A stretch of DNA of 64,000 nucleotides, from positions 294,438,001 through 294,502,000 of the forward strand of contig OZ024742.1 of the NCBI GenBank assembly GCA_964016885.1. The letters are read 5' to 3'. This document shows positions 46,984 to 59,046 of the stretch, one piece after another (within the stretch, counting starts at the first letter, position 1; each line of letters opens with the position of its first letter). A program made the translations under genes and the position numbers. This stretch comes from Eledone cirrhosa (taxonomy: Eukaryota). The notes beneath the pieces are model-generated. The model was not told the origin of the DNA. It made no database searches and worked only from the letters and a program-made list of their open reading frames with translations.

Positions 46984-47168
46984 ATGAAATTATTGTGTAC
47001 AGTGCTCAGGTGTACTACAACTTGTCAAAGGTGCATGTATAGCACATAGAATAAAATACAAATGTCAGGGAAGTGAATAGTGTATGAGTCATGATATACA
47101 TGTGTGCGTGTGTATGGAGGGGGAATATTAGGCGTAGTGTTGGCGAATCTCAGAAAGTATGGAGGTTT
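46984..47168 (-). mobile_element. CR1/L2-type LINE 3' UTR fragment
   Basis: Reverse complement of about 54790-54980 (gttgtagtgcacctgagcactgtacacaata, (ATT)n tail); a further piece at 51497-51570. Confidence 0.75.
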
Positions 47169-47460
47169 TAATTAAATTTTGTTATCATTATGTAACATTC
47201 AAGAACCCCTATATTCAATAATAGCCGCGGTTTTAATTTAATTTTATCTTTTATTTTTCATTTTAATTTAACTTAGTTTAATTTAATTTAAGTGAACCTC
47301 AGAAATAACTTCAACTAAACATTTTTCCTGACTGTTTTTCTAGCTAAATATGATTTTGTGCAACTTCTCTCTCATAAGCTATAACGTCATGGAGGTAACA
47401 TAATAGAGGTAACACAGAATATGTAGTTCATTATTTATACGTCTACCTTCATACTATCTT

Positions 47461-47761
47461 CAGACCTGTCAACCTCTAAAAATCCAAATGGGAGTACCAT
47501 GAAAAAAGGTGCCTCAAAACGGGTAGAAATGAGGCAAAATGGGGAGATTTTAAGAAACCACTGGTAAATGAAATAATTGTTTCTACTTTAGGCACAAGGC
47601 CAGCAATTACCCAGTGCATTACTGGTACTTTATTTTATCGACCCCGTAAGGATGAAATGCAAATGAAAGTTATACTCATTTTCACAACAGAAGACATCTC
47701 CCACCCACTGTGTGGTGGGTGGGAGATGTCCTCCATCGGACAGGGAGAATTGACAGGTCTG
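47461..47761. mobile_element. MITE with 12-bp TIRs and 6-bp TSD, containing a nested SINE fragment
   Basis: tatctt|cagacctgtcaa...ttgacaggtctg|tatctt; internal hairpin 47694-47730; SINE piece about 47574-47665 flanked by aaatgaaa. Confidence 0.8.
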
Positions 47762-48473
47762 TATCTTCGTTGATATGTTAGCATCGGTGGGGTGTATAAA
47801 TCCATCAACCTGTAATCTGTGGTCCTTGGAGAGACAAGTTGTTCAGACTAATTTTGGCCATGACCTAGAGTGCTTGATAATTGACTAGTTAATTAATCAA
47901 TTCCTCCTCTCCCCATTAATTTTTTAATATACTCAGCCTAGTTACTTTGGAATTCACTATGACACACTCGACACCGGGACTGGTTAAGGGTCATGTAGTA
48001 TCTGCCTTCTGGGAGACATTGGTTTTATTCGATCGTCTTCCTTGGGCAGTAGGTTAGATATATGTAGTAAGACCTTAAGCATTTACTGATGGATGATGTT
48101 CCCTGGTCTTGATGATGCTTGATCGATGACTGGTGATTGAACCCAATTATTAGATCGATTACAGATATCATATTGTGGAATTTATGAAACAGCCATATAA
48201 GTGAACTTTAGACAATCTTGGCTAACAATGCCTAGATATCAGGTGTCTATAAGATCTTATAAGAAACTTAAAAATAAGGAGTGGCACCCCATCCCGAACT
48301 TGTTTATAGAATTCTTTCTGCCTTTGTTACTCTAAAAATAAACTATAGCTTTGAAGAATTAGCTTTTAATGAATTCCCTTTTCTATCAACCAATGACCTA
48401 CACCCATCCCACTCCCTACCCTCTCCTACCACCTGAAGAGACCTATAAATACCATACTTATTTTTTGATACCC

Positions 48474-48524
48474 AGATTCCTGATGATTTCTAAAGAATGA
48501 AACAGTTCTAGTCCTGTAGAATCT
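48474..48524 (+). ncRNA. Compact type I hammerhead ribozyme
   Basis: agattc CTGATGA(48480-86) tttct-aa-agaat GAAA(48499-502) cag-ttctagtc-ctg TA gaatct; GUA triplet. Confidence 0.88.
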
Positions 48525-48606
48525 CATCTATATTAAAACTTTTATACTCTGCAATGTATTGAATACTTTACTTACTGTGGTTACCTCCGACTCAACCCGG
48601 AATAAC

Positions 48607-48651
<45 letters not shown>

Positions 48652-48766
48652 AAAATGAGGTTTTTAAAAAAAAAACAAAAAGTAAAAAAGGAGATGTCCT
48701 ACATGGATGAAAGTATAAGGAAAGAAATTGAAAATGCAACCGGAGTCGTTTAAGAATATTTATCTA

Positions 48767-48810
48767 TTTACTTTACCGGTTTCACAGTTCTTATGATTTT
48801 CAAAAGTAAA
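48767..48810 (-). ncRNA. Minimal hammerhead, U3:A8 core variant
   Basis: - strand: tttactt TTGAAAA tcataagaactgt GAAA ccgg TA aagtaaa; 7-bp stem I; weak stem II. Confidence 0.7.
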
Positions 48811-48977
48811 ATTGAGATGGAGGGTTTGTATTTATGTCATACCGTATATGCGAGCGTACAAGTCGATCCGGTGCATAGGTCAATCCTTAAAAATTCTGAG
48901 GTTTAAGCCTATATTGGCCGGATAAGATGCTGGTGGGCTGCTTGGGTAATGGTAAGTGGTGTACAATGAGTGTTAAT

Positions 48978-49138
48978 AATAATTGTTTCTACTTTTGGCA
49001 CAAGGCCAGCAATTACCCAGTGCATTACTGGTACTTTATTTTATCTACCCCGAAAGGATGAAAGGCAAAGTTAACCTTGGCGGGATTTGAACTCAGACCG
49101 TAAAGGGACGTAACTATACTGGAAAGCATGGCGTCCGA
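48978..49138 (-). mobile_element. tRNA-derived SINE, same family as 44926
   Basis: Core and B box recognisable in reverse complement. Confidence 0.8.
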
Positions 49139-49780
49139 CTTGAGTGTAAACACCTAGCCCAGACTCACTATAAAGGTTGGAGAAATGATATGATAGAAAA
49201 AGGTGATTCACTGGCATCTATGCAAACTAAGCAATTTACCACATTCTGAGAAGTGGTATGAGCATAAGGCAGAGTCGGGGATAGGAAACGATCAGGTGAA
49301 GGTGCTATGGGATTTTAGGATACAGACGGACAAGAAATTAGAACACAATAGGCCTGGCCTGGTGGTTTTTGACAAGGAAAAAAAGATCGTGCCTGATTGA
49401 AGATGTAGCCTGCCCATTTGACACGAGAGTGCAAGAAAAGGAGGAGAAAATTAACCGATACCAGGATTTAAAGTGGGAGTTAAAAAGGATTTGGAACTGT
49501 CATGAGATCAAGGTCGTCCCAATTGTCATAGAAGCACTAGGTACTATCTCAAAGAGTTTTCAAGGATGGTTAAATAAGATTAGTCCAGGCCCCCTTTTTG
49601 GAACACTTCAAAAGGCATGCTTGCTGGGAACAGCAAGAACCTTCTGATACGTCCTGAATATCTGAGGCTGCAGGTAGCGGCTTGATGTTCATTTGAACAA
49701 ACTTCCCAGTTAAATAACATCAATGACTGAGACTCAAAGAAAAAAAAAATAATAATAATAATGATAATAATAATGATTTC
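49139..49780 (+). mobile_element. R4/Dong-type LINE 3' fragment (restriction-like endonuclease)
   Basis: KWYEHK, KVLWDFRIQTD..HNRP.LVV, DVACPFD, E.EKI.RYQDL, VPIVI.ALG, LQKACLLGTAR; (TAA)n tail. Confidence 0.85.
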
Positions 49781-49950
49781 ATTTATTAGCCACAAGGGCC
49801 GACATAATAATAGTAATATTTAATAATAATATATATATATTTTTTCTTTTTTTAATTATAATCAATGTGCTGTATTAACTGGCTTACTGAATTTATTTGC
49901 CCTAGGTGTCAGGAAGACACTCGACATATATCTCAGAAACAATGAAAGAA

Positions 49951-49994
<44 letters not shown>

Positions 49995-49996
<2 letters not shown>

Positions 49997-51496
49997 GTTT
50001 CTTTATTGGCCATAAGGGCTAACATAAAGAAAAACATTACAGACAGCACATAATGATACAAAGTGGGTTTTGGCCATGTAAAAAGGTTATAAAAGACAGA
50101 AACGTGTAAAATAAATTAAAATTCAAACAACAAAAAATTCCCCAATAAGGTGGAAGCCTCCGAGGGTCACACGTGGTGAAAACCACATAAAAGACCACGG
50201 CCACCCTGACCACCAGGGAAAGCGCCTCTCTCAGTTTTCCCGCTCCTCAGTCTACAGGTGCATATTCAGAGTGGGCTCGTTTACTCGGACCAGATTCGCC
50301 ACTTTCACCCACCTTTAAACAAACTTACTAGAAGACAGCACTTGCCTTTCCACCCTGATTTTCCTCCTCAAGTAAAACTTGAAAAAGTTAATCAGGGATT
50401 GGCCGGAGAGGAAAGTGTCCATTTTCAACCCTTTCAACCTTGTCCACCACACAATCTCTTTCGCCATGGCCACCAGGCAGATGAAGACTGCTTGCCCTTC
50501 CTCCTCTTTAAAGGAGGATGGCGGGGCTATCTGCACAATGGACTTAGTCGATAACCGGATCTGTCCTACACGCGACAGCAACTGTTCGACATAGGTCCAC
50601 AAGTCAGCAATTCTTGGGCATTGAACGAGTGCGTGCAGGACGGTTTCGTCGTCCTGCGCGCATCTCGGACAGGCTCGGCTGACAGCACCTCCGTGCCCGT
50701 AGAGCTTATCCAGAACCGGCAACGCTCCCCGGTAGCACTGCTAGGCCAGGGATTTCTGAAAATTGTCCATAGGTCCCGGGCTGAAAGTTCTCTTGAAGAG
50801 AGCAAACAGCTGATCGTCTTCGACACCCAGGGTCTCCCCGAAAACGTCGTCGCTCTTCCCCTCCACTAGCTCTCTATAGAACGCCAAGGTGGATGTTCCA
50901 CCGATATCAGTGCCTAGCTGGTAGAGGTCGGTGAGCGCTTGGAGACAGTCCAATTTCCAAGTGCTATCCCTCGGTATTTTTCTGATCCAGGACTGCAGCT
51001 CCGTCAAGGAGACGAGCTGTGGAAAAGCGTGTCTGGCAAACGGCGACCACACCTGTTCTCCGTCAAGGAAGCACCAGAGATGTCGCAGCCTCAGCGCATG
51101 TTTGCGCATCATCAGCCACGGCATGCCCAGTCCTCCACGCAACGGGTGCTGACAGCAGATGGATCGTTTGACCATGGGAGCACGTCCCTTCCACAAAAAG
51201 CGGAAGAGAAGGCGTTCCATTTTGGTCAGAGTTGGACGGGCGCAAGGTACGACGGTCAGGCGATAGCAAGATCTCGGACGCGATGTACGCATTCGCCACC
51301 TCCGCCCGACCTTTCAGAGTCAGCCTCCTCTCAGCCCATTTCTGGATGAGAGAAGCCACCCTGCTCGTCACCTCGCTCCAATTTTGCTCCATCTGGAGGT
51401 CCGGACCGAACCAGACCCCAAGCAATTTAACCGGTCCTTCCGTCCAGCGCCCCACCACGGTGACGTCGACGGCGTAAGCCGACACGGATCTTCCGC
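49995..51496 (-). mobile_element. Tx1/L1-type LINE 3' fragment with internal deletions
   Basis: AYAVDVT, VKLLGVWFG, LFRFLWKG, GGLGMP, CPRCAQDDETVLHALVQC; aataaa plus (ATT)n tail. Confidence 0.85.
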
Positions 51497-52134
51497 TAAT
51501 GAAATTATTGTGTACAGTGCTCAGGTGCACTACAACTCGTTAAAGGTGCATGTATAGTACATAGAATAGGCAGGCAGTTTCACTGTTTGCCCCTCAGTGG
51601 TTAAGGTTCACATTTTATATTCGGTGGATAAGTCAACCCCTGGTTTTGGAGAGATATTTTTAGGCTCCAAATGTCGACTTGTACGCCGGCATATAGTTCG
51701 AAGCACTCAATGCCGTTATGAGGTCTGTTTCGTTTAGGTTGTATTCCAAAGTTGCAGCTGTAGTTTGAAGAGTGTAAATAGATTTAAAAGAGTCGAAGTC
51801 AGTGTTGGAGCATATGTACAAATATATATACTGTATATATGTACGCGTGCACTTCGTTTTATTAGTCTCCCACCACCACCATAAACAGTTTTGGTCCCTA
51901 AATACACCTAATACTTATCCCAAATCAACAACATTGCTAGACATTTGCAGACGAAATAGAAATGGACGAATAAAAAAAAAAGTTAATAAAAAGCAGAAAC
52001 TAAAAATGAGAGTTACGTGCCCCTGTGTTATACTTTCCTGGGAAACAGTGATTGTTGCCATTAAGACTTCGCTGATAACTGGTGATACACACATAGAAAC
52101 ACGCACACAAACACTGTCTTTATTTACAGCGAGA

Positions 52135-52359
52135 ATGGCGGCGCCTTCCACGAAAGATATCATTAATAGCAGCCAGATTGCTGCTCCGGACTTGAAATTA
52201 ACTTACGCTGGATTTGATATACCGAATGAAGAATTGATGAACAAACTTGTGCCGGACTTTCAGCCCGGAGGTCCTCTTGCTCCATACAGACAGAAAGCTT
52301 CGTTCAATTGGAAAAAGATGATGTTTTTCTTAGATGGGAAACCCGCTATCAAATTTAAG
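52135..52359 (+). CDS. ACOX3: Peroxisomal acyl-CoA oxidase 3, first coding exon
   Basis: MAAPS...LVPDFQPGGPLAPYRQKASFNWKKMMFFLDG..IKFK then a GT donor at 52360; 225 nt, phase 0; matches the ACOX3 N-terminal GPLxxYRxxASFxWK signature. Confidence 0.88.
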
Positions 52360-52499
52360 GTAGTTTTTTGCATAGACACTTGTTCCTCACTTAAATAGAC
52401 ACGCATTCGAACGCACAAATACGGGATGATCACGGCTGGAATGTATTTGATAACATTCCTTCTCGATCAGAGTTAGTTTGAGGCTAAAAAAGAACACAC

Positions 52500-52576
<77 letters not shown>

Positions 52577-54509
52577 TACATACACCCTCATTCACACATA
52601 TATACAAAATATACATACAATATATTCTCTCGTATGCATTAAGCAGAAACAAAAACGAACCCAATTTGTTTGATGCTCACTCGTGAACATTTACATGTCT
52701 ATTAAAATTTATTGATATTTTAATACTGAATTTCATAAATCTTATATGCACTTAATACATATTCAATGGCCCTATACGCATGTAATGCTTCTGTGATCTA
52801 AATATATAATACTTTTTGTGATTTTTATTCACAGTTGTATAAATTACATTACAAATTCTTCACAATTCTTTCAGATGAAAATATAAACACATATAATAAA
52901 CACAATTAACTGTTGCTAGAAACCTTACAAATACAACGCACCAAAATATACGAAGAAAGCGAGAGAAAGAAAAAATCAAAAAGGGGGCGGGAAAACAAAA
53001 ACATTGGCATATAGTTCTTTTCATAAATTCAATATTCTTAGATATTTTTAGAGGGAAATACCAATATTTCCTGTGTAGTGCGTAATAGAGGCAGTATGCA
53101 TGTTTTTTTTTCCCTTTTCTTCTTTCCGGCTGATTTTTTTAATATTGTTATTTCTTGTTTGCTTTGTTGATTCTATGTGTATGCGTTTCTATCTGATATA
53201 AATGTAATAAATATACAAGTAACATCTACTTATTTCTAAATTTACAAATGTTTTAATCAAAGTATTTGAAAATGTTATACAGTGTTAATAACAATTAATA
53301 GAGAGGAAAACACACATCTAGAATCACATAGAACAAAAGGCAAGCGAAAGAGGTGGACAAACGAACCGCTACTAGAACAAATTCTCGAAGCAAAAGGGGT
53401 AAACAAATGAACCGCTGCCAGAATAAATTCTCGAATAGTTGTATCGAAATTATTATGTATTCTTATTAACTCTAATAACTAACTGGATATTCATTTAAAC
53501 ATTGATGTCCGGTCTTTAGCTGTTCAGTCTATTGTCTTCCTTGAAACAGACATTTATTTCGTTATTCTATATTTTAATATTTGTATTTTTAAAATTTACA
53601 ATATTTGATTTCGTCACAAATATAATCTTTATGTTCAAACAAGATATTAATAAATAAAATAAAATAAAAATACAACATACGTACATAGAGAAAATGGGGA
53701 GTGAGAGAAGACCCGCACACCCAATCACATACCACAACAAGGGGCGCTGGAACTTCCCTCTAATAATTTTTTAGGTAAGCCAATATACTGGCAGCATTGT
53801 TTGCGGGTGAAAGCGAGGATAAGATGCTGGAATAACCAAGCACATTTGCAGGTGTCATAACGAGAACTTCGTTGTTAGTGACCCGGCTAGTTCACACATT
53901 TCAAACGCCACGGGTTGTTAAAATAATTTGCCGATAATTGCTAGTATCTTAGAATTTTATTCCGTTTGGCTACGGATGCAGTGATCCTCGCCTTTACTGC
54001 AGCATGCAAGATGTGGGAAGGAGCAAAAGAGTCACTGATTGTGGAAACGAAATTATTGTTCTAGTCATATTGGTTACAGAAACACTTCCCCTCCAAGAAT
54101 TAGGCAATTTGTAGGAATAAATGTACCAAAATAGACATTCGAACAGAACATAATAAGTTATTTGATCGTAACTTAGAAATTTTAAAGAAAACCTTATTGT
54201 TAAGATGAGTACATGCTTTTATGGTTCAATACGACTGGCGTGGATTGATTCTGATTAATCTTAACCGTTTTCATGCCAACCCGTCTCTGCTTCTGTGAAA
54301 GAAAACCACATATTTGAAAGGTTTCAATTTAAATTAATATCATCGTTATTATTTTACATACAGTGCCGGGTTTAGGATAAATAAGGCCCAGTATTAGTTA
54401 AGTTATGAAGCCCCAGTCGTTTGAAAAATTCATCGTAAATATTTAAATTTGTTCCCCCCCCCCCCCCCCGCCGCCAAAGGTGCACACCTAATGCTGGCCA
54501 GGGTTAGAT

Positions 54510-54992
54510 GTTTGTTATGACGCCTTGCTTCCCTGGGCATGGATTCATTGAAGCTCCGACGTCTGGCAATGGTCTTGGTAGACACTCACAAAGTTATTAA
54601 CCATCTCGCCAACAACAATCCTGAGCACCTTTTTGACCTCCATGTGTCTAACACATGTGGACATGCCTACAAAGTCAGAAAACAGCACAGCTCCCATGAC
54701 TTTCTGAAACATTTTTTCATGCTTAGAGTTGCTGAAGCATGGAACAAACTGCCTGCGTCAGTTGTTAGCTGCCAAGACACTGCATCCTTTAAAACCCTCA
54801 TGCTTCCCGAAATTCACCAAAACTACACCTGATGTCCCCCTTCCATACACATGCACACGTGTATATCATGACTCATGCACTGTTCATTTTCTTGATGTTT
54901 GTACATTACCCTATGTACTATACATACACTTTTGATGAGTTGTAGTGCACCTGAGCACTGTACACAATATTTTCATTATTATTATTATTTAC
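54510..54992 (+). mobile_element. CR1/L2-type LINE 3' fragment in ACOX3 intron 1
   Basis: SLKLRRL, GHAYKV, FF.LRV.EAWNKLPASVV; (ATT)n tail. Confidence 0.85.
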
Positions 54993-55242
54993 TAGACTTG
55001 CCCATACTTTCCATATATAGCATGACCTTTACATCTGGATGCATTTCCTAACACCAACCACTTTACAGAGTGTACCGGGTGTATTTTATCGTAGCAACGG
55101 CACTACCACATTGCAAAGTGTACTGGGTATGATAGTGTTATGTTACATCTTAATAAAATAATAAGTGTACAAAATCTGGTTCACTCTTCATACTATTTAA
55201 TAAATCATATTTCAATTTTCTGTTTTAATACTTTATTTGCAG

Positions 55243-55476
55243 GACACAGTTTTTACCACATTGAAACAGGATCCTCTGTTTGATAGATCACAAGAAGTTG
55301 ATAAATCTCTTGAAGAGCTGAGAGAATTGACATTCCTCCGAGTTAGACGTCTTTTTGAATATAATTTTCTATCTGATGAACTGATTTTTCAAAACCCATT
55401 GTTTGCATGGATAATGATTGGTTGTGTGTTGATGTATGATACAGCTCTCTCACACAAATATCAACTGAATATGAAT
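55243..55476 (+). CDS. ACOX3: ACOX3 coding exon 2
   Basis: ttgcag|DTVFTTLKQDPLFDRS..SLEELRELTFLRVRRLFEYNFL..MYDTALSHKYQLNMN|gtaagt; 234 nt, phase 0. Confidence 0.92.
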
Positions 55477-56356
55477 GTAAGTAGAAACATCAAACAAGGG
55501 ATTTCCTTTCTCCATAAAAAATGTTACTGTTTGTGTAAAAGTCAATCTCATGCGGGTGTCGTTGGCCATTGTCCACAGAAATGCTTTTGCAGTCTTGTCT
55601 GTGTGGTAAAGCCCCAACACTGCAGTGCCTTAGGCCTGAAGTCCATCACCCTCCTCCCATTCTTCTTTGATCCTAGAGCCCCTGCCTTTCCCTTCCTTTT
55701 CTGTTTTAATAACCATAAAAGACACTTGCATTTTTTACAATAAAACATTTAAATTCCCTATTTAGCATAAAACATCTTTATCATTATCTTTTACACTCAC
55801 TACAAAAAGGATTTCATGGTTAGTATGAAGTCAGATATGGGGCCCACAAGGCTAACTCCAGCAGCATTTGGTTGTTCTTGTACAGTATACGGTCAACACT
55901 ATCAGTATGGGCTGAGAGACAAAGACATTCAAGTCTAAAGTTTATCTCAAGCCAGGAGGCTTGTCAGATCGGTGCTTATCCTGGTTTCATTGCAGGGTTA
56001 AACCCCCAACTATTGCTGGTACTCATTTTCAGCTGAGCAATGGGAAATGAAGTGTTTTGCTCAAGAACACATACAACTCAGCCCAGAAATCAAACCCACG
56101 ATATCGTAAGTCCAACACCCTTACTACTAGGCCATGTACCCCAAGTAGCAGTAATATATATTGTAGGGTATATATTATTAAAACTTTCCAAAATTCCATA
56201 CTGATCATGTAGGGCTATAAGAACTATACAAATATGTATAATTATGAAATACCCTACAGTGATAATATATACTGTCAGGTATTTCATAGTTATACATATA
56301 GTTATATACTTCTTATAGGCCAACATTATCAGTATGGAATATATTTGTCATTATTA

Positions 56357-56466
56357 AATCCCGCCGAGGTTGACTTTGCCTTTCATCCTTACGGGGTCGA
56401 TAAAATAAAGTACCAGTAATGCACTGGGTAATTGCTGGCCTTGTGCCTAAAGTAGAAACAATTATT
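56357..56466 (+). mobile_element. SINE 3' half (Meta-like core)
   Basis: gcctttcatccttacggggtcgataaaataaagtaccag. Confidence 0.8.
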
Positions 56467-56632
56467 AAATTGATGTTTGAAACATAACAAAGGTTCTTAC
56501 ATAAAATTATGATGGAAAGTTTTTAGATAAATATAAACCTTTAAAAATAAAAGGCAATTTCAGGCATTTTGGTATCAACAGGGTTAAAGGAAATATTTTC
56601 TCTTGATGTGAAAATCAAATAAATGACTTTAA

Positions 56633-56842
56633 CCCTTTAGCATTTACATTACTCTATATTTACTATTGTATTTTCACGGTAAGGCTTTATTTTACATAGA
56701 TATCTCACATAATATTGAATCTACGAGATGTTGATATTATTTATGTTGAGAACAATACCTTAACATTGGTATGAGTGGCCGGTTTGAACAGAAAGAAGTC
56801 AGAAAATTCTGGCCAGATACGGCTGGTTTAAATGCTAATGGG
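56633..56842. mobile_element. piggyBac-type MITE
   Basis: TTAA|ccctttagcattta...taaatgctaatggg|TTAA. Confidence 0.8.
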
Positions 56843-56975
56843 TTAAGTGTAAAAAGGCTTTTCATCTTTGTTTCTTTTTAACTTGATTAATAATTTATCA
56901 TTGTTATAACATATATTTACAGTTGACTTGTTAATACATTTCCTCTAATTATTGGAACATGTTTGTATATTGTAG

Positions 56976-57050
56976 ATGTTTGCTGGGGCCATTCAATCAA
57001 GTGGAACTGCCAGACACCAGAGTTTTGTGGATAAATGTAAAACATTTGAA
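56976..57050 (+). CDS. ACOX3: ACOX3 coding exon 3 (gene probably continues beyond the window)
   Basis: tgtag|MFAGAIQSSGTARHQSFVDKCKTFE|gtaagt; 75 nt, phase 0; fits the segment preceding GCFALTE in ACOX3. Confidence 0.88.
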
Positions 57051-57069
57051 GTAAGTATACACACACACA

Positions 57070-57300
57070 TCTATATATATAAAGTTGTATTCCTGTCTGT
57101 TTGTTTGTTCACAAACTACTCCTATGGTTTTGGAGATAGACCACCATAACCATATATATTCTGAAACTACATTGCCCAGGGTACTTGGATAAGTATATTT
57201 CATTTTAATCAAAGGGTTCCCTGGGGCACAAAATCTCTGCTGAAAATGTTTTCCCTTCGATTTATATGAAATTTAAACCATAGGTAAATGACAAGATATG
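57070..57300 (+). mobile_element. Possible Helitron-type 5' end remnant
   Basis: atctatatatataaag..ctgtctgtttgtttgt resembles the start of the element at 41959; 3' end not found. Confidence 0.4.
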
Positions 57301-58030
57301 ATGCCTATTCACATAAGTTTTGAATTGAAAAAAATTATTTACAAGAAACAAAATAAAAATATGATTTAATAATATAATTTTGATTTGATATATTACAAAA
57401 AATAAAATTTTCCAATTTTTCATGTATTTTACATTTTACATTTTATTACATTTTACATTTTACATTGAAATGCAGAGTTTTTCTCCATAAATTATATCAC
57501 TGATTTAAAATCAATCCTCATTTTCTTACAAAAGAAATGTGTGAAACGCTACTGCCCCTACCCCCTGCTGGGGGTAGGGGCAGTAGCACACACTTTGAGA
57601 ACCTCTGGTGTATAGACTTATGGTTAGCATGTTAGTCTCACAATCATAAAGTTGTGGGTTTGATTCCTGGACTGGGTAGTACATTGTGTTCTTGGACAAA
57701 ACACTTCACTTCATGCTGCTTTTCATGATATGAAAGATATCACTAAAGTACCTGAGAAACCTCTAATGAGATACAACCTCATAGGAAGCCAGTATATATA
57801 TATATATATATATATAAGGGATAACAAAATATCGTTATAGGTAATCCAGTTAGAGGTTGTGAATACTTTGTATTATGGATAGTTTTAGCATACGGCGTTG
57901 TTTGACTCATCAAGGGGTTTACGTAGGTTGCGAGTTTATGATTTCACTATGTAAGTTTATCTTGGAGTAATAATATTGAAAAAGTGAAGAATAACATGGT
58001 CAACAGTACAAAAAAGGGTTTTATTTACAG

Positions 58031-58134
58031 TCTGACAATTGTTTCACTGATTAAGTTGTCTAAAAATTGCTGAACATTTGAAGCAGTGCCACTCAATTTT
58101 AAATACGTTGTTAGCTTAACCAGATCATCGGAGA
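58031..58134 (-). ncRNA. Type I hammerhead with U4C substitution in a solo pLTR (about 57817-58140)
   Basis: - strand: tct CCGATGA tctggttaag...cttaatcagt GAAA caattg TC aga. Confidence 0.75.
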
Positions 58135-58157
58135 TAACTTATATATATATATATATA

Positions 58158-59026
58158 TGTAAATATGGTAATAATGGCTGCGCGTTGCAAATGGTGGTGC
58201 ATATGAAAAAGTGAGTCCTTCATCAGTGACCCTCCAACCGTCCCAGGCATTTCATCGCTTTAAGGGCCATATGCCTCAGGTTGGTGCGAACAACGGCTAA
58301 AAAAATCGTTGGGACACGTAAATAAAGGGGACGCCAGGGTAACAAACAAAATGGTTTAAGCAACGGAAAGTGAGAAGAAATAGACAAGTCCCAGATCTCT
58401 ATGAATATAAACTCGGTGAAATCGTGAACAAGAGACAAAAGACCATCAAACCTGGTTGAAATGTGAGAAAGGAAGGAATTTCGCACGAGTCTAATGGGGG
58501 GGAAAGAAGAAGAAGAAGAAGAAGGGGGTCTGGTCTACGAATTTGGTAAACATAAGTTTTGTGAAGTCGCAGATGAAAGAGAGAGAGAAAAAAAATTCCA
58601 TACCAGCTTGACCAGGACGCGCGAGAAAAGAATTTCACACAGGTCAAACTTGAAGGAGGAGGAGGAAAGAGGAGGAGGAGAGGTAGTGACAGAGAATGAG
58701 TGAGTGAAAGTTGAGGAGGAGGCTAACAGAGAGAGAGACTGCTAGAAAGGGTAAAATGTACAAAGAACGAGAAAGGGTAAAGGTACAAAGAACGAAACAG
58801 ACGGGTGGCAGCAGAAGAAAAATTATGTGTAAATATGATAATAATGATGGCTGCGCGTTGCAAATGGTGGTGCATATGAAAAAGTGAGTCCTTCATCAGT
58901 GACCCTCCAACCGTCCCAGGCATTTCATCGCTTTAAGGGCCATATGCCTCAGGTTGGTGCGAACAATGGCTAAAAAAAGTCGTTGGGACACGTAAATAAA
59001 GGGGACGTTAGGGTAACAAACAAAAA
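58158..59026 (-). mobile_element. Partial-tandem non-coding element (about 680-bp period), pLTR/retrozyme-like
   Basis: About 58158-58352 is repeated at about 58827-59026; flanked by TA runs; contains ctgatga on the - strand and a strongly paired domain. Confidence 0.55.
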
Positions 59027-59046
59027 TATATATATATATGTATATG

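Noticed and set aside
51802-52134. ORF-track extension upstream of the ACOX3 ATG, and read-through past the donors at 52360 and 55477
   Set aside because: Non-AUG start and intronic sequence; only the splice-bounded parts match ACOX3.
57548-57587. GC-rich 17-bp hairpin resembling a terminator
   Set aside because: Eukaryotic intron; adjacent tttgagaacctctg suggests the subterminal hairpin of an old hAT-like MITE.
58225-58290. SECIS-like hairpin on the - strand (selenoprotein PLE idea)
   Set aside because: UGA/GA quartet spacing and helix II length do not fit, and no linked ORF with in-frame UGA is present.
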